The notes beneath the pieces were generated by a model. It had not been told where the DNA came from. It did no database searches and saw nothing but the letters and a program-made list of their open reading frames with translations. A stretch of DNA of 63,949 nucleotides, filler included, from Piptocephalis cylindrospora (Eukaryota): NCBI GenBank assembly GCA_003614145.1. It is 3 parts of 3 records of this genome, joined end to end, with 100 filler letters (N's around TTAATTAATTAA, not from the genome) between each part and the next. Parts side by side here need not be neighbours in the genome. Positions count along the whole stretch, not along the records: positions 47,085 to 63,949 come from KZ987864.1; 2 more parts are not named here. The stretch is one strand, 5' to 3'. The position numbers and the translations under genes are program-made. Positions 48,836 through 60,470 of the stretch are shown here, piece after piece; the stretch's first letter is position 1; every line of letters begins with the position of its first letter.

Positions 48836-49362
48836 CGTGTCCTGGGCTAAAAGAGGAAGGGAATGGTTTAAAGGAAGAGAAGGGAAAGAGAGAGAGAGAG
48901 AGAGGAGATGTATCGGGGTTTGGCGATGAAGATGAGTGTGGGCTGGATCAAAAAACGAGGGAAAAGATTGGTTTGGGGGACGCGATCAATCAAAATTAGA
49001 TGTAAATTGTACGAAAAGTGATAAAATTAGACTGATCTAAGAAGTGATGTGTGTGGGGAAATTGGGAAATCAGGGGGCCGCCATTCATACAAAATATGAT
49101 TGAGAAATTGGGCACGCTCACGAGACCACAATTGTTCCCCCCCATCTTTTCTTCCCCCTGTCTTAGATAAAGATGAAAAAATAAGAACCAAGATGTTACT
49201 GTTGCTGTTATACCCACATCACACGCCCGATCTGGGATGCGTACACAAGAGAGAGAAAAGAAGGGGATGGAGGTGGAATGAAGAGAATTGCACACGACCC
49301 TACACACAGAGAGAGAGAGATAGAGAAAATTGACCATCCCTTACCCAATTCATCTTGAACAA

Positions 49363-50855
49363 CTACAAATTATCCAAACCAGATCCATCAGGAAGGGAAA
49401 GGGAATATCGACGCTTGATCATAGCCGCCTTGAACATACGTCGTAGGATACGGGAGCATCGATCGTAATAGGCATCATTGCCCTTGACAAAGCTCCAGCC
49501 ATTGACGTCGATGACATAACTTCGACCCTGGACGCGAAGAAGATCAAATCCACAGATGGTCTGACCAAAGGTCCGGGCCACGCGGCGAGCCATCTCCTTT
49601 TCTTCCTCAGTCAGGGCGGTGACCTGTCTCATCTCCTTGCCCGATGCATTCCGTCGGACGATCCCATCAACACAGGGGGAAACTCGAGTCTCGGCATAGG
49701 CATAATCCACGCCGATGGTGTAGACCTTGACGTCCTGGGCATTGTCAACAGCAAAAAATCGCTCATAGATGTAGGATCCCTCCCGGCGGATCTTGCTTGG
49801 GCCCGAGATAAACTCACTAGATCTGTTACCGACCTTACGGAACAGCCTTCGTGTACCACCTCCCTGGTGAGATGAGTAATGGATATTGAGGTTGTGGTCT
49901 TCACCTAGTATGGGCTTTTCCACAAAAGGTTTTGGCATGGAGTAGGTGCCATTGATACATATCTTATCCTCATCTTCCTGAATCTCCAATGGTTTGGGAT
50001 GATTAGAATGATCTACCTTGCCATTCTTTCCCTCCTCATCCCCATGGGGAGGCTCGGGGGATTGATCATCCGGCATGGTCCGAATTCCTGTGACATCGTC
50101 ATCAAACTGAGGGCGAAAGGATGGTGATTCCCCTCGATCAAGGACTTGACGCAAAGGTAGGGGCAGAGTAAGGCCAAGGTGATGGGTAAGATGTTCTTGC
50201 ACATCTGGACGGATGGTGGGGCCTCCATCCCGAGAAAGAATGATCCTGGGTGGGGTGGGAACATTGGAAGCATCGAGGAGGGCAAGAACGAGGCGTCTGT
50301 CAAGAAGTATAGACTGCATGCACAGGTCATTGACGCAGTACGGCCTATACCGACGTACATAGTCCATGGCCTTGAAGAGGGGAAATCCAGTAGAATGGAA
50401 AGCCAGGAGGAAATCACACCTGGGCCACTCCTCAATGGGGCTCTGGAGAAGGAGGTCATCTCCAAAGGAGATGAATTCAAATTCATTGTACGAACGTAGA
50501 CGGGTGAGGATAGATTGCATTGGAGCCCCCCGAATCTTCTTATCCATAGCACATAGTCCAATAGTGGCTAGAAGGTAGGAAGGGTAAGTGAATGGGAGGG
50601 GAGGGGAGGGAGGAGATTAGAGAATACTTACGTTTAGTATGAGGAGCCGGGTTCGGAGAGGAATTCGTCAAATAGGACGGGGAAGTGGGCCCCAGAGAAA
50701 TGGGGGAAGGCATGGGGGGGGTGATGCTTATAAGCGGTGGGTCGAGGATAAGGACTGGAGCAGGAAAGGACCTTTGTGCTGCTAGTGGTGGTGGTGGTGG
50801 CGAGGGAGGAGGAAGAGGAAGAAGAAAGGGGTTCAAGGGTGGTGGTCAGGCCCAT
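49363..50855 (-). CDS. VIP1: Inositol pyrophosphate kinase Vip1/PPIP5K, kinase (ATP-grasp) domain only
   Basis: Exon 1 (ATG 50713, or ATG 50855 via a +1 shift) to 50632; exon 2 50567-49363. IGLCAMDKK, FHSTGFPL, KPFVEKP..GEDHN, RLFRKVGNRSS, DVKVYT, QTICGFDLLR, IDVNGWSFVK; stop about 35 aa later. Confidence 0.9.
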
Positions 50856-52003
50856 AGCAGGGGGAAAGGTGGGTGAGTTGTAAGAGACAGGGCAGGACGA
50901 GTCGAAACGTGCAGAGGGGATGGATGGGGTGGGGTCCGTTAGGGTAAAAGAAGACTCCAGACCAGGAAAAAGCAGGGGTGAGTGCGACAAGTGAATGGAT
51001 GGGGGGTGAGGAAGTGATGGTCTGGAGAAAAGCGGAAGAAGGAATAGAGTGAGTCCAGAAGAAGGATAAGATTGCTCTTTTCCTTTTGCCCCAACAATAC
51101 CACCCAACCGTCCATCTTTTTAAAGGTCCCAGGGCGGCGGGTGTGGGGTCTTGACCATGATGACCCGTCCACGCCCATTGGCCACCCAGCTGGGCGGGAT
51201 TCTTTGCTGAGGGCCAACAGAGCACACCGTGTACAGGTACGTGGGCTGAATCGGAGCATCGGAGTTGGTGAGCCGGGCTGCAGAAAGGGTCCGGTGTTAG
51301 TCAAGAGGGGCCCCTATAATGGAAGCATGACGTCTATTGAGAAGACTCCCACCGTCTTTCCAACCTGACCTTCCATGCCCGGATGCGCGGATGATTGTCT
51401 TGGTGATGGATCATGACTTTCTCCATGCGGAGATTGTCCTGTATATACGAGAGCATTGTCCTGTCAATGAGATCTACTGATATATAATAAGATGTCCGTA
51501 TCCAAGAAAGTTAGATGATCAGAGGGTCGTAGATATGCGCCTATTAGGATTGAGTAAACAATGCTAGTAAATAACAACAAAGTTATAAATCAGCTACTGA
51601 GGCGATGATATTCATTTTTGATACAGCCAAGTCGTCTGACCCATTGGTCCTGAGGCTAGAAGGGCATCATAGGCCCCCTTTTTTGGTCTCTGTCTATTGA
51701 GGCTATCCTCATAAGGGACGCATTCGTTGCATACAAAATTATTGTCTTATGGGGAAGCACACACTCAAGGGACATTTCTGAAAAAGTGGGAAACTCAGAA
51801 GGACGCATTCATATTCAACACAAAATGAAAATGATCAATGCAGACACCTAATGACGACATTTCATTCATGCTATTAGCCTAAAACGGCATCTAAAAGTAG
51901 CGCATTGTTGCAATAACTGTATTGCTGCTACTCGTGGTAGCGCAACCTATAAAGAAATCGCGTAAGCAACTCATAACAACGCCGCATTGCACAACGCGTC
52001 CAT

Positions 52004-55000
52004 ATGCAAGGTGGTCACAGCCTCCTCAAGGCCCCTGCCCCCGCTTTCTTCTCTCCATCCCTTCTCTCTTCGCACATGTCGATGCAAGGGCCACCCTTGG
52101 TCGGCCACCTCTTTTGGCATCCCTACACTACTGGCCCTTACCCAGGCCAGACCTTTCTCTTCAAGGCACAACGTCCCTCGGAAAAGTCAAAGGGTCCCTT
52201 GGGCCAGCAGCTCCCCTCGGATCTCGTCACCCTGAGCTTCCCTCATGCGTGGTTTACTGAAAAGTGGTTGGAAGTCCCATTGCTTCGGTGTTCCCGTTAC
52301 CGCCTTGTCTATGGACCTAGAGACTTTCCTGGGAAGTGGGCAAACAGGGACCAGGTTGTCCTGCTTGCCCCTCCAGAGGCGGCCTCCTTGCCTCTGCTGA
52401 ACCTTCGCCCACTCATCACACCCTTTTCCCACCCTCCCGCCCTGGGCCAGGTCCGCGGTCGGCTTCTGGCAAAATCACCCATTATATTCCCGCGTAACGG
52501 GAATAGACCTTACTTTATCCTCCTCCTTCGTCATCATGCCTGGCCCAATCAATTTCACTGGGTCCGTATCTATTCCAAACTCTTTCTCCATCCCATCCTT
52601 ACTCCCCAAATTATGTATGATATATCAGGTTTGCAACCGGGGCACCCATCTACCCCCTCCTCCCACTGCATATCATGGCGCTCCTCCTCCAGAGTAGCCT
52701 TTCAGCCCCTTCAACCGGTCAACCCCCCCTCCTCCCTGGAAGCAATGCTCTCTTCGCCCACAACCGCTTCCTCTCCGAATACCCTCTCATCCCAGAATGA
52801 TACGTCATCCTCCCCGGGTGATTCTGCATCCATTACCTCCCTTATGTCCTCCCCATCCCTCAGACACGTCTCGTACAAAGGAAAGGTAACCAAGCTGATT
52901 GACGATTTCTTGGGACTGGTGGAGGTAGACCACCAGATCCTTCTCCTCTTCCCCCCGAATGCGCAACGCCCCCCATTTCCTCAGAATCCCCCGGTCGGGA
53001 GCCTCCTCATCCTTCATCATGTTCATCCCCTCGCCCTTCCCAGATATCCAACACTCCCGTCGCATCTTACCATCCCGGCCAATCCGAATCAAGTCTTTAT
53101 CCTCGTAGGATGTGCCGCAACCTCCGTCACTGTACTTCATTCACCCGAGGACACAGCACCCTTCCGGCCCCAGGATGACATCCCTTATTTGGGTATTTGG
53201 CCAAGGCACATCCCCTACCTGACTACCTCATTCCCCGATCGATGGGCCATTCATGCTTTCCTCCAAACTTTGTCTTTGGAGGCACAGGCGAGGAATAGGG
53301 ATGAGGAAGGAGTCGGCGCCATTGCCCGACTTTCCCGGACAGATGGTGTGGTGAATTTACTTACATGGCTTGGTTGGAGTCATCCAGGAAAGGATGTACC
53401 CGCCCCAGATCCAAGGATCCTATTCATCTCACATGTCTCCCATTTCTTCCCCGATCAATCCTCTTCCTCAAGTACTTGTCCTAGAATTCAACAGACCGCA
53501 CAAGCCCTTTTGGACCAGCGCTCCTCCCTACAGTCCTGGATGGATTGTGCTTTCTCCCACTCCGCCATCTCTTCTTTCATCCTACTGACTCTTACCGTGG
53601 AGGAGGATGTGATATGGGGTGTGGAATGGGGCGTTCTGGGCAGGAAGAGGGAAAATAGTGGAAGTGATAGGAGAAAGGACTTTAGGGTACACATTCACCC
53701 TTACGGAAAGGACCTATCCAGTCTCTTCCCTGCCTTGGAGGCCCCAAGCAGCGTCTGGGCGCTAAGACGCCCCCGGTGGACTCGGCAAGCCCCACTAAAT
53801 AATCATGTCCTATGGATCAATTGGGAACGTGATGCCTTTCTTCTCCTGCCATCCCTCGAAACACGTCGAAGAAGGAGAAAGAGGGGGATAGTGGATCCCG
53901 TACCTCCGCCCACCCTGCGTCCCCTCCCCAAGGTACTCTTTCTTCTCAAACACACCTTTCCCCGGATGACAGACCGGCAAGGAACTTCCATCTCAATGGT
54001 AGGAGAGGCATGGTGGAGTATGGGCCAGGATCGCCCCCGTCGAAACGTTCTATGTCGAGTCCAGGGTCGATCCCTACGTTGGGTCCCAGCTCTACGACCA
54101 GGTACCCTCTACTGGGTGGAGGGATCCAAATGCTCCAGTGAGCAGGATGGAAATGGTGTAGAATTGCTCTTTTATCGTAATCACACCATAATATCCCCTG
54201 TTCCAGCGCCGGAGGGGGAAGAGGATGATGAAAACCCCCTGAAGGAGGCAAGGGCAAGGCTGCAAGAGTGGCAGAGGGATGAGTGGGCCCACCCACTCCA
54301 TGATCCTCAGGTCCCTTGTCCCTTGAGTTCTCTACTTCTCAAGTCCACTGTGGCTCCCAAGGGTCGATTAGTTCAAGGAAGAGTAATGGGATGGGTCTGG
54401 GGCAAGTCAGGCTCCTCTTCCCGGTATCTGCGTCTCTGGCTAGGTCCGGTGGGTGAAGAGGCTGGAAGGATCCCGGATCTTTGCATTATCATCCATCTAC
54501 CCCTAGCCTATACTCCATCCACTCTTCATGTTGGGGCCATTGCCACACTTGGGGACGTATACCCTCAGAAGGATCAGAGTTCGGGATTGATCCATGGCCT
54601 TTCTGGGACATGGATGACCCATCACTTTAGCCTTGACCCTGGCTCTCCCCTGTCTCCTTGTCCCGTCTCCCTTCTTCCTCGTCTCCTCCCCAATATTCAT
54701 CGAGCCCTTAATCTTTCCTCCTGGCCCCAGGACCCTATTCAGCTCTTTATCCAGCGCATCCATGTTCATCACCTGGTCCTCTCCCTCATATGTCCCCATT
54801 GCCACTCAATTATCCCCGGGTCCTTGGGTCGTCGGGGGGAGGACCGATGCTCCTGTCCCCACTCGCGTCAATCCCCACCCCATCCGGCCTGTGAGATGGA
54901 TATGGAGGTGGTGGCTAATATCGAGGATGGCTCTGACTCTCTGCGCCTCCTCATCCCCTCAGCCTCCCTGCTCCTCTCCTTACTCCATCAGATTAGTCCA

Positions 55001-55366
55001 TCCACTCATCTGGTCCACGAGCTCAAGGAATCGTTACTTCGGGTAGGACCTCTCCTCCATAGCTCTTCCTCCAGCTCCTTGGCCCACCCAGTCCACTCTA
55101 CTCATCCAGCCCTCCGCCCCCTCATCTCCTCCCTCTCCTCCCTCGCCGGCCCTCACTTCCTCCTCACCGGCTTCCTCCTCCCTCCTTTTTCAGGGACTTC
55201 CAGGCCCGTGGAGGCCCGGAAAATCCAGTCCATGTCCTTAGGTTGGCGTCAAGCCCAATGTCCCACCATGCCTCAAAGTCAGCATATTCCTACCTTGTAC
55301 CTCCTCTCCCTTCAGGCCACCACCGCCTCCATCCGTGCCTCATCCTACCTTGCCCCCTCTCCCTGA
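52004..55366 (+). CDS. CTC1: CST complex subunit CTC1-like OB-fold telomere protein
   Basis: Intronless 1120 aa. VSYKGKVTKLID..LGLVEVD, PVGSLLILHHVH, LVGCAATSV, GRSLRWVPALRPG.LY, and a terminal OB fold with a Zn ribbon (CPHC...CSC) and IEDGS. These motifs occur in the same order as I recall for animal CTC1. Confidence 0.72.
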   Translation: MQGGHSLLKAPAPAFFSPSLLSSHMSMQGPPLVGHLFWHPYTTGPYPGQTFLFKAQRPSEKSKGPLGQQLPSDLVTLSFPHAWFTEKWLEVPLLRCSRYRLVYGPRDFPGKWANRDQVVLLAPPEAASLPLLNLRPLITPFSHPPALGQVRGRLLAKSPIIFPRNGNRPYFILLLRHHAWPNQFHWVRIYSKLFLHPILTPQIMYDISGLQPGHPSTPSSHCISWRSSSRVAFQPLQPVNPPSSLEAMLSSPTTASSPNTLSSQNDTSSSPGDSASITSLMSSPSLRHVSYKGKVTKLIDDFLGLVEVDHQILLLFPPNAQRPPFPQNPPVGSLLILHHVHPLALPRYPTLPSHLTIPANPNQVFILVGCAATSVTVLHSPEDTAPFRPQDDIPYLGIWPRHIPYLTTSFPDRWAIHAFLQTLSLEAQARNRDEEGVGAIARLSRTDGVVNLLTWLGWSHPGKDVPAPDPRILFISHVSHFFPDQSSSSSTCPRIQQTAQALLDQRSSLQSWMDCAFSHSAISSFILLTLTVEEDVIWGVEWGVLGRKRENSGSDRRKDFRVHIHPYGKDLSSLFPALEAPSSVWALRRPRWTRQAPLNNHVLWINWERDAFLLLPSLETRRRRRKRGIVDPVPPPTLRPLPKVLFLLKHTFPRMTDRQGTSISMVGEAWWSMGQDRPRRNVLCRVQGRSLRWVPALRPGTLYWVEGSKCSSEQDGNGVELLFYRNHTIISPVPAPEGEEDDENPLKEARARLQEWQRDEWAHPLHDPQVPCPLSSLLLKSTVAPKGRLVQGRVMGWVWGKSGSSSRYLRLWLGPVGEEAGRIPDLCIIIHLPLAYTPSTLHVGAIATLGDVYPQKDQSSGLIHGLSGTWMTHHFSLDPGSPLSPCPVSLLPRLLPNIHRALNLSSWPQDPIQLFIQRIHVHHLVLSLICPHCHSIIPGSLGRRGEDRCSCPHSRQSPPHPACEMDMEVVANIEDGSDSLRLLIPSASLLLSLLHQISPSTHLVHELKESLLRVGPLLHSSSSSSLAHPVHSTHPALRPLISSLSSLAGPHFLLTGFLLPPFSGTSRPVEARKIQSMSLGWRQAQCPTMPQSQHIPTLYLLSLQATTASIRASSYLAPSP

Positions 55367-55602
55367 TCAACACAAAGAAGGAAATGATGATAGGTAATTG
55401 ATATAGAGAATAAAAGTGGAATAAAATAAAAAAAGATATGTACCCTTTCCTCTCTATTCCTTTGCTTGCATCTCTCTCTCCCTCTCTCTCTCGCTATCTT
55501 TCTGTAAATCGCTCTTTGGGTCCTTGTCCCTTTCTCAAACCGACACTAACACTGACCTCTTCCCCCTCTCTACTTGAACCCCACATATCCTTTCGCAACA
55601 GA

Positions 55603-58600
55603 CTATTTGTTACTATGGGTGGGGGTGGTGGGGGTTGCGCCTCCACTAGCACTGGAGGAGCTCCCTAGGGCGGCGGAGCCAGGGATGGCACCGGTGATGG
55701 CAGCGGGGTTGACAGCACACATCCAAATACGGGTTTTGTAGATCTTGAAGAGATCCCTAACAAGCTCACGGAAGTCGATACGACGATCGGCGACAAAGTA
55801 GAAGGTGAGCTTCCGACGGTCCCATTGGTATTCGGCGTCCACGACCTCCATGGGGAGCTTCTTGGCCCGAACCTTACTCTGGCACACGGCCAGGGCCTTT
55901 GCCTCATCCTGGCTCTTGCTCATGAGCATGGTAACCTCACCGGGCTGGGCGGTACGGTAGATACGCTTGGGGTGGATCTCCTTGTTGGTCCCACTCTTGG
56001 CCCCACCGGGCCCGGCAAGATCGGGCATGATTTCAGCCTGCTGCTGCTGGAGCTGTTGAACCTGTAGAGGGGTGATGGAGTCATTGACCACCTTACCCAG
56101 ATCCTTACCCCGATCAGCCTCGACGATGACCAGATCACCCCGACGGATGGGGGCAGAGGCGACTTGATCGGCGCCGACGTAGAAGAGGTCAGACCTCCCG
56201 GCCTTGAACTCGACAATGTAGAGGGGGGTGGAGGAGGGGACAATATGGAGGGGAACGCCCTTACCCACCTCGGCAATGGACTTTCTCCGGGTTTCCGGGT
56301 CAAAGTACTCCTCAGCATCGGTATCGGCCAGACCACCGTACTGAGACTTGCGGAACTCATCCAGGTGGAGGGAGTCCAGAGCCTCACTCAGATGCTTGTA
56401 GGCAGCCGAGGTGCCATTACCATGAGGGACCGGAGTAGACCCAGCCAGGGAATGGCGTCTTCCAGCCAAATGAGCAAAGTCCGAGGGGAGACTAGAGGCA
56501 ACCGGGTGCATCCTGTGGGATAAAGATAATGAGAAAGGGTAGGAGGGAAGGAGGGAGGGAAATCAAGTACATACCTAGAATGAAGATTGCTGGAAAGCCC
56601 ACCATGAGTGGAGGAGGGGGGATAACCGGGGGGATTGGAGGTCATGCCAGACCCGCCACCTAGGCCCAGACCAAGAGGTGGGGTGGCCGTAGCTCCTCCC
56701 TGGGATCCGAGATACCGAGGTCCCGAGGAAAGACCACCTCCACCGGATAGACTGCCCATGCCTCCTCCTCCAAGGCTCGTGTATGTAGGGGTGGGAGCCA
56801 GGGAGAAACGACGGGGGGGACCACCGAGAAGTCCATTCAACGAGACTGGGTTTCCGCTGGTACCACTGGCGCCAGTTGGACCGGTCATGGGGGACATACC
56901 GGGGGGGGGGACCACCAGAGGCGGCGGAAAGGGAGCGACGATGGCCGCCCCCTCCGCTACCACTTCCTCCACTGCTCATGTTCTCTGCGGCAGCAGCAGC
57001 AGCTCTGGCTCCGGCACCACGGAAGAGCCCATTGATACCGGACCCGGAGGAGCCAGAGGAACCATCCTGGTAGGAGCCCCGACGGGATCCAAAGGGGGAG
57101 GCGGGAGGAGGAAGGCCTTGGGCCGTGGACTTGGACCTGGAGAACCGAAGGCGTTCCATGATCAACTGGGCATACTCCTCCTCGGTAAGTTCCTCATCCA
57201 TGGAGGCCAAATAGGCGGGATCGAGGGATTCGGGGAGGGCGGAACGCGCACCAAATTTGGCGGAGAGGTCCGAGAAGGTGTCGGAGTGTTGACCAACGGA
57301 GAAGGAAGCGGACCGAAGGTTTCCTGCGCTGGGACCCCCAACCGCACTGCCCATGCCGAGGGAGCCATAGAGACCGGGGGACCCGGGCTTCTGACCCAAG
57401 GATTGGGAGGGAGAAGAGGGGGAATGGGGATGGTGGTAAGGGTGTTGACCCGGGCTGGGGAAAGAGGGGGAGGCAGGGCTGGGGCCGGCAGTCTGGAAAA
57501 GACCAAGACCCGGAGCACCCTGACCAGAGAAACGACGAAGACCTCCGGAAGCCGAGGAGGGCCGGGCAATGCCACCGGACCCAGGACCTGATCCATTTCC
57601 TCCTCCTCCTCCTCCTCCTCCTCCCCCTCCTCCAGCGCTAAAGGCGGGGGAACGGTAGGCTCCAAGGGAGGGGATGGGGCCGGAGGAGGCCGAGGCCGAG
57701 GAGGTGGGGGAGGAACCAAGACCGGACATCATCATCATGGGAGGCCTAGAGGGCTTAGGGGCAGCCTGACGTGGGATGGGGGAGGAGAGACCGACGATGC
57801 TGGGGCCTCCGGCGCCCTGGAAGGCCGCATGACTAGCAAGACCATTCCCACCTGGGGGTCCCGAGGCAGGGACGGAGGATTGAGGGCCGATAGGACGACG
57901 AATCCCTCCGGCCAGGGCCTTGGATGGGGAGGGCACTGCCCCGGCCCCACCATCGCCCTCCTCCTCCTCGGCCAGGGAGTGAAGACGGTTGGAGCGGGGA
58001 AGGCCCGCAGGGGCTCCAGTAATACCTGGGGGAGGGCCGGTGGCGGCGGTGGAGGAGGAGGAGGAGGAAGAGGAGGAGGAGGAGGAGGAGGGAGGGGAGA
58101 CGGTGGAGGAGGGGCCCTTGGAAGGGGGGACCAGGGAGGAAGAGGAGGAGGAGGGAGAGGAGGGGGAAGAACCGGTTCCAAGGAGGGAGCTTCCAGTACC
58201 CACACCAGCAAGGCCGGCAAAGACATTGGGCAGAGACCGACGATGATGGGTGGATGGGACGGGGTTTCCCACGCCAGCTGTCAGGGCGAACCCCGGAGAC
58301 GATCCCATTAGGGAAGGGGAGGGGGAGGGGGAGCCGGCAGGAGAGGCGGACCGGTGAAATCCAGCATTTTTTGGGAGATCGGCGCTCGGAGGACGTAAGA
58401 TGCTTGCACCAGCGGGGATAGTGGACGTTTTCCCTGGAGCCTTTTCCGTCTGAAAAGTGGGTGGGGGGAGAGGGGTGGTTGAAGAGAGGAGAGGAGAGGA
58501 GAGAAGAGAAGGGGGTGAGTGGTACGATCTCATATAAACTCAATCAGCAGAAAATCGCACCTTTCTAGCTGTAAGTGTAGCTGTAATGGGGGTGGGGGAA

Positions 58601-58668
58601 GTGGTGGGGGAAGAAGCGACTGGTAGGTCCGTCCCGGCCTCCGAGGACTTTTGCGTATCGGACGACAT
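55603..58668 (-). CDS. PSP1: PSP1 C-terminal domain protein with long low-complexity N-terminus; frameshift at 56901-56910
   Basis: Exons 58668-58561, 58449-56575, 56512-55603. LYIVEFKAGR, GDLVIVEADRGKDLG, DAEYQWDRRKLTFYF, RIDFRELVRDLFKIYKTRIWM. Confidence 0.9.
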
Positions 58669-59462
58669 GGGGATCTTTGGACAGATGAATAGGGATGGGT
58701 GACGAGGATAGGCCGCGGAATGGGATCAAGAGGGAAAGGGACTCTACGTGTAAGGTGAGTGTATGGACGATGGCACTACGGGAGTGTGGGGTGGAGTAGG
58801 GTGGGAGAAGGAGGTGTCTTGAACCGGCAAAGGGACACGACCTGAGAAGAAGGGGAAAAGAGGCTGGGAAAGCGCGCGAGAAACGACTCTGTAGACCGAG
58901 AAAAGGATAGAGAGAGGGAAGATCTGGGGGGGGGGGGAAGTAGAGAAAACCGACAATGACGGGCGCTGTGTACAGAGCGTGTGTTTTGAGGGTGGAGATG
59001 GGAGGTGGGGCGTTGAGTGGTTTGACCAAGACAGGACAGGGCAAGAGACCAGATGAGATGATGTGTTCAGGGAGATGAGGGGAAGGAAAGTGAACTTTGG
59101 AGGACGAGTCAAGGAGGGAAGGGAGGGGGGAGGGATTGGAGTGAGAAGAGGATGGAGTAAGGGAAGGAAAAGGAAGAGAAGGGGCGTGAGGGGAAGGGCG
59201 TGATGGGAAATGGTGGGTATAAGGGCGGGAGGAGTGTGGGCGGTCTGGGGGGAGCTGGGCTGGGCTGGGCTGGGCTTGGCTGGGATGGGGGCTAGTAGCA
59301 GACTTCCTCTCCGCTCGTCCGTGAGTATGGAAGAGGGAGGTTTGGGTGCTCGGGGAGTGGTGGTGTGGCTCCGCCCAGCGGTGATCCATTGGCGACATTG
59401 GATGGGTGTGGGAGTGGGGAGATGAATGGGGGGAGCGGGGAGAGAGGCAGGGCTGATGGCGA

Positions 59463-59489
59463 TGGTGGTGGTGGTGGTGGTGGTGGTGG
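59463..59489 (+). repeat. (GGT)n microsatellite
   Basis: About nine GGT/TGG units upstream of PSP1. Confidence 0.85.
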
Positions 59490-60470
59490 TAAGGGGATGA
59501 GGGGATAAGGATGACCATTACTGCATACATTGGATGGACGGGAGAGGGGGGCAAGGTGTCTAGCTGAGTTGGGTAAGCTTGAGTGAGTGCTGGCACTTCA
59601 GTAGCAGTAATGGTAATAGCAGTAGTAGGAGGAGCAAGCGGAGAAAAGTAGGGGGGTCATTTAAACCTGCTCAGTGTGTGTGTATGTGTATGCTGGTGTG
59701 GCGATGAATAAGTGGGCCTTTTTAGGTGGGCTGGGGGACACATAAAAAGGATGTGGATGCATGGCTGGGTAGGTGCACAGTGTAAAGAAGCCCTGAGGGG
59801 GAGGAGCGCGGTGGAGGGGGCGCGTCCCTCTGTGCGCTCCAGTGGGGCGGGGTAGAGGAGGTCCAGTTAAAAGCCTAGGAAAGCGGGAGGGTGGTTTGAT
59901 GTGCATAGCACATGGATAAATTGGTGGGGCCTGGATGAAAATAGGGCATTCACAATGAGCAGTCGAAGACAATTAAGGCAAGAGAGTAAGCGGCGGGAAG
60001 GGGAGTGACCCGAGGCATCACCCTTCTCCAGGGCTTTTAAAGGCAGGATGATCCCTCGAGAACAAGGGAAGTCAAAGGACACATGCTCCCATGCTCACTC
60101 TTTATCAGTACAGCCACATCACCAGGGGAGGGAGGGGGGAAAAGACCAGAATGTGACAACCGACCCACCATTGGCCTTGGATGCCAGATGAGAGATGCAC
60201 CGATGGATGGAGATAGCACCTTAATAGCAAGAAACGAGCCACAATGTGGTCAGAAAGAAAGGAAGATGAGACGAAATGGTGTGCAGGAGGGTAGTCAATT
60301 ATGAAGTCTCAAACCAGATGACCACGCAAGACAAATCGAGCAAGCGAAAGAAGAGAAAGGATGGGAGATATACCCCCCAAGTACTGGCATGACTACCATT
60401 CACGTTGCTTACCGCTGCTCCCCTGGACGCGCCCTCGCATCGGGCAGGAATCGTATGTGATTAAAGCGCC

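Noticed and set aside
58565..59596. 343-aa His/Pro/Ser-rich ORF
   Set aside because: It is the translation of the pyrimidine-rich PSP1 leader and microsatellites and is out of frame with PSP1 exon 1.
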